A stretch of DNA of 63,518 nucleotides, filler included, from Octopus bimaculoides (Eukaryota), in assembly GCF_001194135.2 (NCBI RefSeq). It is 7 parts of 6 records of this genome, joined end to end, with 100 filler letters (N's around TTAATTAATTAA, not from the genome) between each part and the next. Parts side by side here need not be neighbours in the genome. Positions count along the whole stretch, not along the records: positions 32,902 to 43,265 come from NC_068982.1; positions 43,366 to 51,017 come from NC_068987.1; 5 more parts are not named here. One strand, 5' to 3'. Positions within the stretch are counted from its first letter, which is position 1; each line of letters starts with the position of its first letter. Shown here in pieces: positions 36,912-50,831 of the stretch. The position numbers and the translations under genes are program-made. The notes beneath the pieces are model-generated. The model made no database searches and was not told the DNA's origin. It saw nothing but the letters and a program-made list of their open reading frames with translations.

Positions 36912-39010
36912 CCTGAAAAGGAGATACTGTTTTCAGTCTGTTGGTTTGTAGTAGATGCCAGTTGCAATTTGGTTGTTGGATGTTTTTTTCTTTTTATAAT
37001 CAAAATGTCCAGAAATGGGAGATGTTCCTTGGTATATTCCTTTGTAAATTGAATATTAGAATTTATATTGTTCAGTGGGGATTTGAGATCCAGACGTTTA
37101 TCATAGGTTTCATTTGAAATGATAAAACAATCGTCTAGGTACCTTTTTCAATGTTCTCTTATATACTGGCAGGATGGAAGTCCAAATTTTTGGAGCGAAA
37201 GTTCATATAGGGTAGATTCAAAGATACCCATTATAAGGTTCGCAAGGACAGGTGCTGCTTTTGTTCCCATCCCAATACCGCATTTTTGGTGGTAGTATGT
37301 TGCATCGAATAAGATGTAATTGTTTTGTAGGATGAACTTCAGGGATTCAATGACAAAAGTCTGGTCTATGCGGTCCAGGAGATCTTCGGGGTAGTTTTCT
37401 GACCAGAATTTTACTGCCTCTATTTCGAAGTCATGTGGAATGTTAGGATATAGATTGATGACATCGAAGGAGAATAATGGTGTTTCTTCGGTTGTGGTTT
37501 TTGGTAGCTGCTCTAGCATGTCCAGATCGTCTCCAACGAAACTTTTAATGTATCTGAGGAAAGGTTTCAGTAGTATGTCCAGAAAGTTGCTTAGGCGTTG
37601 TGTATTTCACCGGCTGAGCCCGCTATAATCGGTCGTAATTTTAAGTCTTACGGTGTTGGGATATTTATATATAGACCTGGATTTGACTTGCAGGCATTAG
37701 TAATTATTTGGATTTTGGGGTGGCAATAGAAAATACTTGGTTTGCAGTTAAAGTATGCGATATAGTCTTTTTATTTTTCTGTGAGGCCTTTTCCATGTTT
37801 GAGTATTAAAGATCAAGATCTTTTAAAGATTTTGCTGCCTATACTTTGTAACTTTTTCATAAAAGGAGTCATTTCTAGTATGGACAATGCAAGGTTGTTA
37901 TAGTATTCTGTGTCCATCAGGACTGCAGCACTACCTTTGTGTGCGTCTTTGATTGCCAGGTCTTTGTCGTTCTTTAGTTATAGTAGGTGCTTCCAATGTA
38001 GGTTGTTGAAGTTAGGTACAGTTTTTTGGTTTATAGATAGTGTGAGGAACATTCTGGATACGGTTGCACAAGTCGTCTAGCGTTTTATTCCTTCCTTTGG
38101 ATGGCAGATAATTACTTTTGTTTTTCACTAGTGATTCATCATCGTTGTTGTTGTTGGTTAGCACTTCTGTCGATCGAAGTTTTCTACAGAAATTTGCAAT
38201 ATTATCTTTAATTTCATTGGAGTTTTGTTTACGTGGGGTGGTTGTAAATTTTAAACCTTTAGCTAAAATATGGATTTTTGTTTTGAAGAAGGCTTTCTTA
38301 GATAAATTGATTATTTTTGGTTTCTCCAGTAAGTTCTGTTCCAACATGAGTGCCTGTGTCTCTCTACTCTGTATAAAAAATGTTTGTTGTAATTAGGTTG
38401 GAAGTTGTTCTCAGTGTTAGGACAGTTATTGTGGGAGGATTGTTGTGTAGGTGAATTGGTTAGGATTATGTGGTGTGGGTGCTTAGGCTGGAATGAGTTG
38501 TAGGGGTGTTGTGAAGTTGTTCTTTTTGTCTGGGCGAGAGAGTTGAAGTTCCGGAAGTTGAATTCTTATGTTGAGGAATAGGTAGGATCCCCTGTCTGTT
38601 TCTAGTTGTTGGAGGAAAAGAATTGAAATGATTGTTATCATTCTTCTTCCTAATCCTGGGGTGTTTCTTACTGGTGTTTCCTGTTAATGGGTGGTTCTTA
38701 CTGGTGTTTCCTATTAATTGGGGGGGGGTCCCATTGTGAGGTTGGTGGTGGTTCATTTCCAAGTTTTGGGGTAGTTTTGTGTGTCCGTGCTGGGGTAGTT
38801 TTGTGTGTCGTTGTAGTGAAATAATTTCTTCCGATTCACAATCATCTTTCCATAGTTTAATAACATTTTGTAGAAGTTGTTCATTGGCATGTATTGTGAG
38901 TTCTGTAATCATCTCAGCATCGATCGTTTTATATTTCTGTTCATGATTCTTAGCTCTGAGTAATTCAATTTCTGTTCTCATTTTTTCTAGTGTTAGTTTC
39001 TCTCTGAGGG
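36912..39010 (-). mobile_element. Penelope-like element 5' portion with reverse transcriptase, decayed
   Basis: KIINLSK...LAKGLKFTTTP, FSFDVINLYPNIP, YHQKCGIGMGTKAAPVLANLIMG, RYLDDCF (about 37120-37145) and PFLDI. Confidence 0.9.
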
Positions 39011-39630
39011 TTCATTATTGTTATATATTTTATATACATATATGAAAACCCAGTAAGGTTCGAAAATCGATAACGGTCATTCATCATTTTTTCATTGTGC
39101 GGAGAAATGGCTAAAATTTGCCCTGTTTAACGCGCAGGATGAAGCAATATAATTTATTGGTTACTGCTAAAGAACACTTCACTATTCGTATGCGTATGCC
39201 ATTGTGGACAGGCGTCTTGTGGAAAGACTGATAATAGGAATACACTAAAAAATAATAGTATATATAACGACTATGCTGACAAGAGTAACGCAGAAAAGTT
39301 GAATCATACGCTGTTGATATAGACTCTGTCGATTGGAAATGGTACTACGAAAATATATTAAGCAGATTTTCTTTGAAAAAGGTGAAAGACTTAACCAGTA
39401 CGTTATGTGTGCTTTTGTTTGTTTGCTTGACTTTATCTCAAATGACAACTATGCATATATATGCATATACTTGCACACACATTGACACACAAATACACCC
39501 GCGCATACAAGCACGCGCACATGCTCATGCACACCTTCGCACATACTCAAACATAACCGACTATATATGCACAGGCATACGTAGAAATGTAAATAGATTT
39601 ACAGATATTGGCAAATATATACAAACAAAT

Positions 39631-39782
39631 GGAGTGGCTGTGGAGTAGCTTGCTTCCCAACCACTGATTCCGGGTTCAGTTCCACTGCGTGGCACCTTCG
39701 GCAAGTGTCTACTACTATAGCCTCAGGTCGACCAAGGCCTTGTGAATGGATTTGGTGGGCGGAAACTGAAAGAAGTCTGTCG

Positions 39783-39815
<33 letters not shown>

Positions 39816-40320
39816 NNNNNNNNNNNNNNNNNNNNNNNNNNNNNNNNNNNNNNNNNNNNNNNNNNNNNNNNNNNNNNNNNNNNNNNNNNNNNNNNNNNNN
39901 NNNNNNNNNNNNNNNNNNNNNNNNNNNNNNNNNNNNNNNNNNNNNNNNNNNNNNNNNNNNNNNNNNNNNNNNNNNNNNNNNNNNNNNNNNNNNNNNNNNN
40001 NNNNNNNNNNNNNNNNNNNNNNNNNNNNNNNNNNNNNNNNNNNNNNNNNNNNNNNNNNNNNNNNNNNNNNNNNNNNNNNNNNNNNNNTGTGTGTGTGTGT
40101 GTGTGTGTCTGTGTACGTGTGTTTGTGTGTGTGTTTCCAACTTCACTTGACAACCGATGCTGGTGTATTTACGTCTCCATAACCCGTAACTTAGCGATTT
40201 GGTACAAGAGACCGATAGAAAATGTACTAGGCTTACAAAGAATAAGTCCTTGGGTTGATTTGATCGACTAAAGGCGGTGCCCTACCATGGCCGCAGTCAA
40301 ATGACTGAAACAAGTAAAAG
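39631..40320 (+). mobile_element. tRNA-derived SINE with central microsatellite. Other copies at about 28770-29130, 44890-45190, 45324-46070, 49131-49536, 55085-55320, 59905-60230, 62320-62395
   Basis: Head GTGGCTGT..G.AAGAAGCTTGCTTCCCAACCAC..GGTTCCGGGTTCAGTCCCAC, core GGATTTGGTAGACGGAAACTGAAAGAAG, (TA/TG)n, tail ...GACTGAAACAAGTAAAAG. Confidence 0.85.
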
Positions 40321-40376
40321 AATAAAAGAATATATATGTGTATGTATATATATATATNNNNNNNNNNGATAGATAG

Positions 40377-40431
<55 letters not shown>

Positions 40432-41107
40432 CGTATATGTAACAAGTACCCCTCGCCACAAAAAGAAATAAACTTTAGGAGTCAATGAGATAGAAGTAAA
40501 TGCCCATAAAAGAGGTAGGGTAGGGGTGACATTAATTCTTTTTATTATTTTCAGTTAAAAGGGCTTACGCTATGAATCTTAGGACGCTATACTGGGATCT
40601 AGAGAAAAATTAAGAGCCCAGATAGAAAAGTTTATAATGAAGGTATGGCAAAAGTTCGTGTAATATTATTTTGTATAAAAGTAACATTTTAATTTTAAAT
40701 AATTTTAAAAAATTTAAAAGTGTACTAGAACCATATTAATTAAGAAGGATATACGGATCAGTTTAAACATTAAAAAGAAAACAACTATTATGTAGAATCA
40801 CCCTAATACTTTATCATTACATAACTATTAGGTGGTCGCTAGAAAGGCCACTCAAACAATGATCATGATTTGCATATGGAATTTATGTGGAAAAATATAC
40901 ATATTATCTATTGATGTAGTGCTTGCATTGTTCAATTAAATGGAGCCGATTGAAACAGTCGTATTGGACTAATAGTTGACATCCTGTTACTGATTTTGAT
41001 TTTATTCGCCTTACTTCGAGCTGTGCGAATAATACCGGACTGACCTGGTGCCTCAACCTAAGTACCTAATTCAACTGAATCTTAATTATTTCTTTATATA
41101 AATACTT

Positions 41108-41140
<33 letters not shown>

Positions 41141-43115
41141 CATATGCATATATATATACATATATATATATATACATATACACATATACATATAAATATA
41201 TACATATATTTATATATATNNNNNNNNNNNNNNNNNNNNNNNNNNNNNNNNNNNNNNNNNNNNNNNNNNNNNNNNNNNNNNNNNNNNNNNNNNNNNNNNN
41301 NNNNNNNNNNNNNNNNNNNNNNNNNNNNNNNNNNNNNNNNNNNNNNNNNNNNNNNNNNNNNNNNNNNNNNNNNNNNNNNNNNNNNNNNNNNNNNNNNNNN
41401 NNNNNNNNNNNNNNNNNNNNNNNNNNNNNNNNNNNNNNNNNNNNNNNNNNNNNNNNNNNNNNNNNNNNNNNNNNNNNNNNNNNNNNNNNNNNNNNNNNNN
41501 NNNNNNNNNNNNNNNNNNNNNNNNNNNNNNNNNNNNNNNNNNNNNNNNNNNNNNNNNNNNNNNNNNNNNNNNNNNNNNNNNNNNNNNNNNNNNNNNNNNN
41601 NNNNNNNNNNNNNNNNNNNNNNNNNNNNNNNNNNNNNNNNNNNNNNNNNNNNNNNNNNNNNNNNNNNNNNNNNNNNATATATATATATATATATATAAAT
41701 ACATACGTACGTACATATACATATGTCACAGCTCCGTATATTCTACTGAGAACCAGAAACGCGCCTGAGTCCGCTAGAAAGAATAACTGGGCAGATGCAG
41801 GGTTTTTCATCTTTTACCATAAAAGAAAATTTTTTCCTCCACGATAACTGCTGAGAATTTGACTATATAATTTAAAATATGTCACAAATATATTTCAATA
41901 ACACAAATATATTTCAATAGTACAGTATTTACTCTGACCAGGCGATTTACAAGCGCTACTCAGTCACTGTATTGACTGTTCTAAGGATAAAGCTATGGCT
42001 GCAGAGGTATCTCTCTTCGTTATCTCCAATTGATTAAGTCTAACGACCCAGAAGCACGCGTCTCGGAGTCTGCCGGATGGAAGCAGATATGGAGTCTTTA
42101 CACTTTTACTAGTTTAGAGAAGCTTTTTCTCCGTTACAAACATATTTTAATGAACTGAAAGTTCGTTTACTCCTCAAAGCTGTTCAGAGCTCTTACAGCT
42201 GTACACACACACATACGCGCTCGCGCACACACTCACTCACACACATACACACATAAAAGACACACCAAAGAACATACATTCATGTTCATATCTGTCACTA
42301 TACTCACTGCAATCTTCTTTGTATGCAAATAGTCACTGCCTCCATCACACCTACTCGTGTTTTTTAAGGTTTCTATATCATTTCTCTTCTACAGGAACAT
42401 GTTACTTACTCTGAAGAAAATAAGCAATGTAAGCCTATATCCTATAGATAAATTTCGTGGGCTTGAAATCTGTATCTCTTTCTAAATGAATTGAAGTGCA
42501 AAGTAAATAGTTGCAGCACATACTATCAATGCATGGTTACTGTTGAGATGTGTACTAACTAAGAATGACTTGAAACATATAGATGATAATATAGTGATAT
42601 GTAAAAGGGTTACAAGAATGAACAATAAAGAAACGAAAATAAGGAAAGAAAGAATGAAAAAAATAACGTTACATTCACGGATGAAAGAAGCCAGACAAAA
42701 TTGAGTAAAATAAATTGAAGCTGTTTCGTGTTTCTTTGCCCTGTAATGTTAAAGGTATCCAAATATATGTCTATGACGCTATTTGAATATATGTCTATAA
42801 ATCCGTATACATTTTATTAGTTATATCGTTAGCTGATAAGAATAAATTCTCCCCTCTTTAACACATTTCATTTCCATCGCAAGACAGGGAAGATGACATA
42901 ATACCGTTACAAAAATGTATGAACATAACAACAGATACATTACTCAGAGACAGTGTATGAGAATCGCAAAATGTTCGAAAACTGCTTTCTATAAAACAAG
43001 AATGTTTAGACACATATGTGAAAATGAATTGGATATATTTCGATGAATAAAAATAATTTACTATACTACAAATATATTTAGCTTGTGCATACATGGATAT
43101 ATACATACATAGTAA

Positions 43116-43156
<41 letters not shown>

Positions 43157-43192
43157 CAAAATATACAACACGGATTTTAAAGATGGCTGCAG

Positions 43193-43238
<46 letters not shown>

Positions 43239-43375
43239 TGTATATGTATACATATACATGTATATNNNNNNNNNNNNNNNNNNNNNNNNNNNNNNNNNNN
43301 NNNNNNNNNTTAATTAATTAANNNNNNNNNNNNNNNNNNNNNNNNNNNNNNNNNNNNNNNNNNNNTATATATATG

Positions 43376-43425
<50 letters not shown>

Positions 43426-43998
43426 TATATAAATGAATAAAGTATTAAGTGGAATTACAGGAATCATCTGTCCATTAGCAAAATATTCCGAGAATTATTT
43501 ATTATGATTGAACCATTTTATTGCTGCAAATCCTTGTCACTTAATGACCAGATCTTGCAAGTATTGAAATGCATATTAATGGAATCGTACATTGTTGCAG
43601 ACCATGACATGTTCAACAGGTTTGCTATAAAAAAAATTGACGAGCAAACGTGTGTATGTGAACGAGTATTGTATAAGAGTTACAAATTAATTGATATTAA
43701 GTGAAAATAACATTTTGTTTATGCAGTGCTATAATAAGCAAGCGGAAATAATGTGATAAATGTAATTTAAGAAATTACATTTTATATCTAAAAGAAAATA
43801 TTAACATTCATCATAGGAAATATATATTATCTATTGTTGACGTCATAAAAATTTAGAAATTTTGAGATACATGAAATAATACTTTATTGGAATGAGGAAA
43901 CTCGAAGCAGATTGAATTATAAACACTAGCATGCAAATAATCTTTTCTACTAGAGACACAAGGCCTGAAACTGTCTGGTAGGGGAACAGTCGATTACA

Positions 43999-44062
43999 TT
44001 AATCCCAATACTTATTAATCCCAATACTTATTAATCCCAATACTTATTAATCTCAATACTTA
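43999..44062. repeat. 16-bp tandem repeat x4 inside a SINE
   Basis: TTAATCCCAATACTTA, four copies. Confidence 0.9.
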
Positions 44063-44412
44063 ACTGATACTTATTTTATAGAATATGAAACGATGAAAGG
44101 CAAAATCGTCCTCGGCAGGATTTGAACTCAGAACGTAAAGAAGGACGAAAAATCGCTAAGTACTTTGTCTGGCGTGTTAATGATTCTGCAAATTTTCGTT
44201 TCTAATATAGGTACAGTTCCTGAAATTTTAGAAGAAAGGGCTAGTCATTACATCGACCTAAGTGTTCAGTTGGTGCTTATTCAATAGACCCCAAAACGAT
44301 AAAAGACGGACGAATTGTGTGCTAAGCATTTTATCCGGCGCGCTAACGATCGTACAAGCTTTATAGCATGTATATAATAACTTAAAAAGTCCTTTACATA
44401 GAAAAAGGCGGA

Positions 44413-44483
44413 TGTTGCTCGTGGGACTTGAGCCCACATCTTCTATAAAAATGGTAGACGTTTAACCATTGCACCAAAGCAAT
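44413..44483 (-). pseudogene. Degenerate tRNA-like sequence (possibly Lys-derived) or isolated SINE head
   Basis: Acceptor stem TTGCTT/GAGCAA, A-box TGGTGCAATGG, T-arm GTGGG-CTCAAGT-CCCAC, anticodon stem TCTA/TAGA with an abnormal loop; T-run downstream. Confidence 0.5.
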
Positions 44484-46115
44484 CCTTTGAATTTCAATAT
44501 ACCCATTTTAAAAACTTTATTATTACTAGTAAAAAATTTATGTTTTTAAGTCAGAAGAATTTAGAAACTATTAAAGAAAGTGAAATAATTTTTTTTTTGC
44601 ATGATAAAACTCGAAGCAGATTAAGCTATGAATATTGATTTAAGAAAACATTCGGGTAGAAAAAGTCGAAAGTTGTCCGCGATAATCAATATCTATAATA
44701 ATGCATAAGAAACTTGAAAGAACATCATTCTTTTACATGCTTCAGCCCCCAAGTCCATGCTGGGGCATCTCCAGTGGAACTTAGTGAATATAATTTAATA
44801 AATTATTTTAAATATTAACATGTATTGATATATTCAATATAAAAATATATAATTTTGTTGAATATAATAAATACATTCTTCAGAACTTTTAGGTGGGTCT
44901 GCATTGTAAGAAATTTGCTCCCAATTCATGCAGCCTCAGGTTCAGTCTTACTGCGTGGCACCTCGGATAAGTGTCCTCTACAAGAGACCTGGACCGACCA
45001 AGATCTTATGAGTGGATAAGCAGACGGAAACTAAAAGAATCCTATCGAATATTTGTGTATATATCTATGCGCGTGTGTATCTTTGTCTTTGTTCTCATAA
45101 CCACTTTATGACTGTTTTCTTTTGTTTACATCTCCATAACTTAGCGGTTCGGCAAAAAAGACTGATAGAATAAGTAACAGGTTAAAAAATATTTTAATGC
45201 CTCTTTCCATATTATATTTAATTGGCTCCGAAGAGTGACTGGCTAACTTCTAACGGAAGAAGCAGAGTCTATTGTATCTGAAATGTCCATCCCTTCATCT
45301 GAGTAAAAAAATATAAATAAATAGGCGCAGGCGTGGCTGTATGGCAAGAAGCTTGCTTCCCAACCACATGGTTCCGGGTTCAGTCCCACTGCATGGCACC
45401 TTCCTTGGGAAAGTTTCTTCTACTGTAGCTTCAGACCGACCAAAGCTTTATGAGCGGATTTTGTACACGGAAACTGAAAGAAGCCCGTCGTATATATATA
45501 TATATANNNNNNNNNNNNNNNNNNNNNNNNNNNNNNNNNNNNNNNNNNNNNNNNNNNNNNNNNNNNNNNNNNNNNNNNNNNNNNNNNNNNNNNNNNNNNN
45601 NNNNNNNNNNNNNNNNNNNNNNNNNNNNNNNNNNNNNNNNNNNNNNNNNNNNNNNNNNNNNNNNNNNNNNNNNNNNNNNNNNNNNNNNNNNNNNNNNNNN
45701 NNNNNNNNNNNNNNNNNNNNNNNNNNNNNNNNNNNNNNNNNNNNNNNNNNNNNNNNNNNNNNNNNNNNNNNNNNNNNNNNNNNNNNNNNNNNNNNNNNNN
45801 NNNNNNNNNNNNNNNNNNNNNNNNNNNNNNNNNNNNNNNNNNNNNNNNNNNNNNNNNNNNNNNNNNNNNNNNNNNNNNNNNNNNNNNNNNNNNNNNNNNN
45901 NNNNNNNNNNNNNNNNNNNNNNNNNNNNNNNNNNNNNNNNNNNNNNNNNNNNNNNNNNNNNNNNNNNNNNNNNNNNNNNNNNNNNNNNNNNNNNNNNNNN
46001 NNNNNNNNNNNNNNNNNNNNNNNNNNNNNNNNNNNNNNNGTAGACAGTAACCGAAAGAAGCCTGTCATCTATCTATCTATCTATCTATCTATATATCTAT
46101 CTATCTATCTATCTA

Positions 46116-46157
<42 letters not shown>

Positions 46158-46252
46158 ATGTCTCTCTCTCTCTCTATATATATATAGATACACGTTCGCC
46201 TCTAGGGGTGAACAACTTGTATAAGATTCTGAGAATTATAACTGTCTTGCGG

Positions 46253-46317
46253 TTCGCGCTGAAGAGGGGCAGATTTTCTCGGTAAGAGATTTTTAACTTC
46301 GAAACCTGTTCCGCGAA
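46253..46317 (+). ncRNA. Type I hammerhead ribozyme (degenerate), probably from a PLE pseudo-LTR
   Basis: Stem I TTCGCG/CGCGAA, core CTGAAGA, stem II closed by G..C, GAAAC; imperfect stem III (CTGTTC). Confidence 0.6.
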
Positions 46318-46740
46318 TAACAATGTTTTAATTTTATGTATGTAATTTTCAATGTCTTGCTCGCTTACGTTTTGGTATTTCGCTGAATTTCTTTTGAGAA
46401 CTACTAGGTCTTAGTAGACTCAACATGTGGTCTATTTCTAGCACATTAAATGTCCACTTTACTGGTCAACATTATATATATAAAAATATACTTTAATCCC
46501 CTTAGATTTCAGATATTTTTTCTGAATCTCTCGGATTCTTTCAATGTGCTAGCTTCCTGGTAATAAATCGATATTGATTAATATCTGATTTTTACCCTAT
46601 GTTTTAATTATATATATATATATATATATTGATGTCTTGTGATCGAAACTCCCGAAACATTCTTTTCTATATCCAAGCTGTATCAAAACATAGATATATA
46701 AATGTCAATCTAACCAGCTACCAGTTGTTTGCCTGTTTGT

Positions 46741-46824
<84 letters not shown>

Positions 46825-48825
46825 TATCTATCTCTCCTTCTCTCTCTCCATACTTATATATGAAAGGCTAAAATCACGTGATCTGGCTTTCTCGGTGCTG
46901 GTGGTTACAGATGATATATTTCCCATATAGCGATGTAAACAAGAACGCGTTTTACGCACCGAAAGCAAATACGAAAGTTTCTCTCATGCTAACTATCACA
47001 GCATTCCGTGTTCTAACAGAAAATCCACTTTTATGTTGGACTAAATTGGACTAAATATTACCTTTTAGCATTAATACTGCTGCTGTCTCGCCAATAATTG
47101 ATTTTTAATGTTTACTGACTAATCACGACACCAGTGACTATTCTGGTGATACAGGGATAGAAGATACATCGCTGCTATATCCATCGTACGAGCGTCCACC
47201 ATTGGCAAGGCCATGGAAGGTCGCACCGAAAGCCTAAATATATATATATATTTATATATATGTGTATACATATATATCTATCTTCATTTGTGAGTTTATA
47301 TTATGTTAGTTCTCCGCCACTGCTTGAGAACTAGTGTTGGTTTGTATACGTCTCCATGCTTGGCAAAAGAGATCGATAGAATGAGTATGAGGATTTAAAA
47401 AGCAAGTAGCGGGTCGATTTGTTTGACTAAACCCTTCAAGGCATTACCCCAGCATGGGTGCTGTCCAATGACTGAAATACGTGAGTGGTAAAGACATCAC
47501 GTTAATAGACGCAGTAAGCCTCCTGTTGATGCGGAACCAGAATTTTTACTATGAACAAATCGTATCGCGCTATCCAGGAAAGAAGACAAGAAAGAGAAAA
47601 ACTAAGATCAGGTTCATAGGAATATAATGGATATTGAGATAGAAGGGGAGACAGAGAGAAATAGAGAGAAAGAGAAATAGAGAGAGAGAGAAATAGTGAG
47701 AGATAGAGAGAGAGACAGAAACAGAGAAAGAGAGTGAGAGATAATTTGGTGACATGTATTGATTTCTAACTTAGGCACAGATCCAAGCATTACAAGATAG
47801 AGAGAACTGTTCATTAAATCGACTTCCAAAACTTAATGAATTAATATCGGAAGGATGAAAGGCAAAATCATTTCCCTGTGGTTTTTGAACTAGTATGATG
47901 AAGGGACGGAATTTAAATGCCGTGAGCACTTTGCCCGCTGTTTTACCGACTTTACCACGCAATACTTATTTGGCGATAGATTTTTATGTGGAGATACATG
48001 ATAAGATGTATTGAGAACGAAGGAAAATATAGTTGATGGCGAGTACGAAAGGCTGTGTGAGAACGAGGAAAAGATGTGATAGTCTTTCTCTTTCGCTTTT
48101 CCTCTGTTTGTCTGACTGTCTCTCTGTCTGTCTATCTATCTATCAGTATTTCTATTTGTCTATGTATGTATGTATGTCAGGTCACTTATGAGGCTCTCAT
48201 AAGCGCTACTGGTAATATGGAATCCAGTACAACCTGTTGCATGGTCGGGTTATCGGCGACTAAACTGGCACCCCTACCAGGCTACACTGGTGAGGAGGGT
48301 TGCTAGAAACCCAGCAGGATTAAAAACAAGACCTGTTGAAAGGTCGGATGAACCTAGTGCAGGCTCAACGGCTATCTAGCAATAACACGGGTACGCAGAA
48401 ATTCCGGGATGGTACTCGGCGTGCTAGAAAAGACCACTGGGAGTGAAGCACCCCTCAGCTTCTGTTGAAGTATGTCTCTAGGAGGTCACTCTGATATAAA
48501 ACCAGTCATGCAGGGAATGGCATTGTACATTTTGGGGATCTTTTGTTTGTGCTAGAGATCATGGCGCTCCTACATCCCTGAGCCTGCGACTCATATTGGC
48601 ACCAGACATCTCGCTCTGGCTTGTCTATGGATAATATCAATATAGTGGAGAGGGTCTATGAGGAGTCGTGCAAGCCTTATTGGACCTAAAACTCTGCACA
48701 GGCATTGCTGACCTCTGCTCAATGTATGTATGTAAGTATGTATCTGTTTGCTTCTCAGTCAGTTTATGTGCCTACCTACCTATCCATCTGTTTGTCTCTG
48801 TCTGTCTATTAGTGTGTCTGCTTGT

Positions 48826-48896
<71 letters not shown>

Positions 48897-48967
48897 CGTA
48901 TCTATCAGTCTATGTTGTTTTCTTTTCTCTTTCTTTCTTTCTTTCTTTCTTGTTTCTTTCTCTTGTT

Positions 48968-49003
<36 letters not shown>

Positions 49004-50786
49004 TCGTTCTTTCTTTCTTTCTTCCTTTCTTTCTTTCTTTTTTCTTTCGTATTAATTCATATCTTCCACTGCTTCCCTCCCATTCTACCCTCTTTGACAC
49101 CATTTATACCCTATTTATATTTAAAACATGAGTGCAGGTGTGGCTGTTGGGTAAGAAGTTTGCTTCCCAACCACATGGTTTCGGGTTCAATCCCACAGCG
49201 TAGTACCTCAGACAGGTGCTTTTTCCTATAACCTCAGGCCGTCCAACGCCTTGTGAGTGGATTTGGTAGACGGAAACTGAAAGAATCCCGTTGTATATGT
49301 AAAAGAAGGTAAAAGTTATCAAGGAAGATAAAGTTATATACATATGTGAATATGTATATTATACATCTATGTGTGTGTGTCTTTATTTATGTTTGTTCCC
49401 CACCACCGTTTGGTGTTCGGCAAAAGTCACTAGATTAAGAAATATAAGTAGAAGGGTCGATTTGTTCGATGAAACTCTTCAAGGCGGCGCCCCAGCATGG
49501 TCGCCGTCCAATGAGTGAAACAAGTAAGATATAAAAGAGTTGTTAGAACACCATGATTTACAAGAAGACAGTGGATTAGCACCTTCGTTTGAGGCATCAG
49601 ACAAGATACCTAGATGCTTCTATCCACGGTCTTTCGCGTTCTGAGTTTTGAAACTTTTCGAGGTCATCTGTACCTTTCCTCATTCCGAGGTCAATAAATT
49701 AAGAAACGTAAGACTCAAATAGCGGAGTAGATTTAATCGTCTATAACCTTCCTCCAAATTTCTGGTCTTATACCAATGACAGAAATCAATAAAAATTATA
49801 ATTTTATGGACTATTAACATTATCATTAACGTGTATATTTCTCATATTTATATCGATCCGTTTGACTCTCTTGATGATCGATGATCAAATTGTTTGTAAC
49901 GTTCTATAAATGTAAATATAAATATACACTCTAAAGCTAAACTTAATTGATTCCCCCTCCAACCAAAATTATAATCGTATTTCTACAAATCATTCATTCA
50001 CTGTCTCACTTTTTTATTCTTTCCTTCACTTGTCTCATTCTTTCAGTCTCCCCACCATTATGATTTTATTTTGTTGTGTATTTTTATATTCTGTTTTATT
50101 CCATTCTAGCGTTTAATCGTTCAATATTTGTTACTACAGGCATATCTCAACTTACGTCGTTTCGAGTAACATGTTTTTCGACTAAATTAATGGGGTAAAA
50201 AAAAAACCCCACCTCAGCTTCAGTTGATCTCTGCGAATAGAGAAGAAAGAAACAGCTAGAAGTTAATACCGAAGTGGAAAAAATCAAATAAAATTCACAT
50301 GAACATATGTACAAACCAACTATTAACACAAGTATAAGATATATGTCTCGCCTATGATAGCTGACCCACTGATGGTCGGCTATCAAAGGGAAGACAATTC
50401 CTTCTAGATTAATCTTACTGGAGGTAGGTATGAAACGTTGAATTTCAAATCAGAGTAAAGTAGGAAAACAGAACGTTCATATCTGATATTTCTTTCTCCT
50501 GCACGTTATAAAGAGGTTAAAATTTCCATGTATCCTTGCGTTTTGTTTTTCGATCATTTCTTCATGCTATCAGACTTTCTTTTACTTCTCCTTGCGGCTT
50601 CCCACTGTTATTAGCTTTGATAGTTTCCCCATCTTATTTCTGTCCTGGTATGTTTTCTTTAGTATTTTAAGGTTTCTGTTGTTCTACTTTTATCATTCTT
50701 CGGGCTTCTCTTCAAAAGAGAAGAAACGGTGTAAAATTAAATGTGATTTTATATGCGCACGCGTTGGTGTGTGTACACGCACGCAC

Positions 50787-50831
<45 letters not shown>

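Noticed and set aside
40480-40900. AT-rich stretch suspected to be a mitochondrial insertion
   Set aside because: Translation of the part tested (one minus frame, mitochondrial code) gave no recognisable mitochondrial protein, and no RNA motif was recognised.
45200-45300. Possible hammerhead (CCGAAGAG...TGAAATGTC)
   Set aside because: Core nucleotides deviate and stem I cannot be formed.
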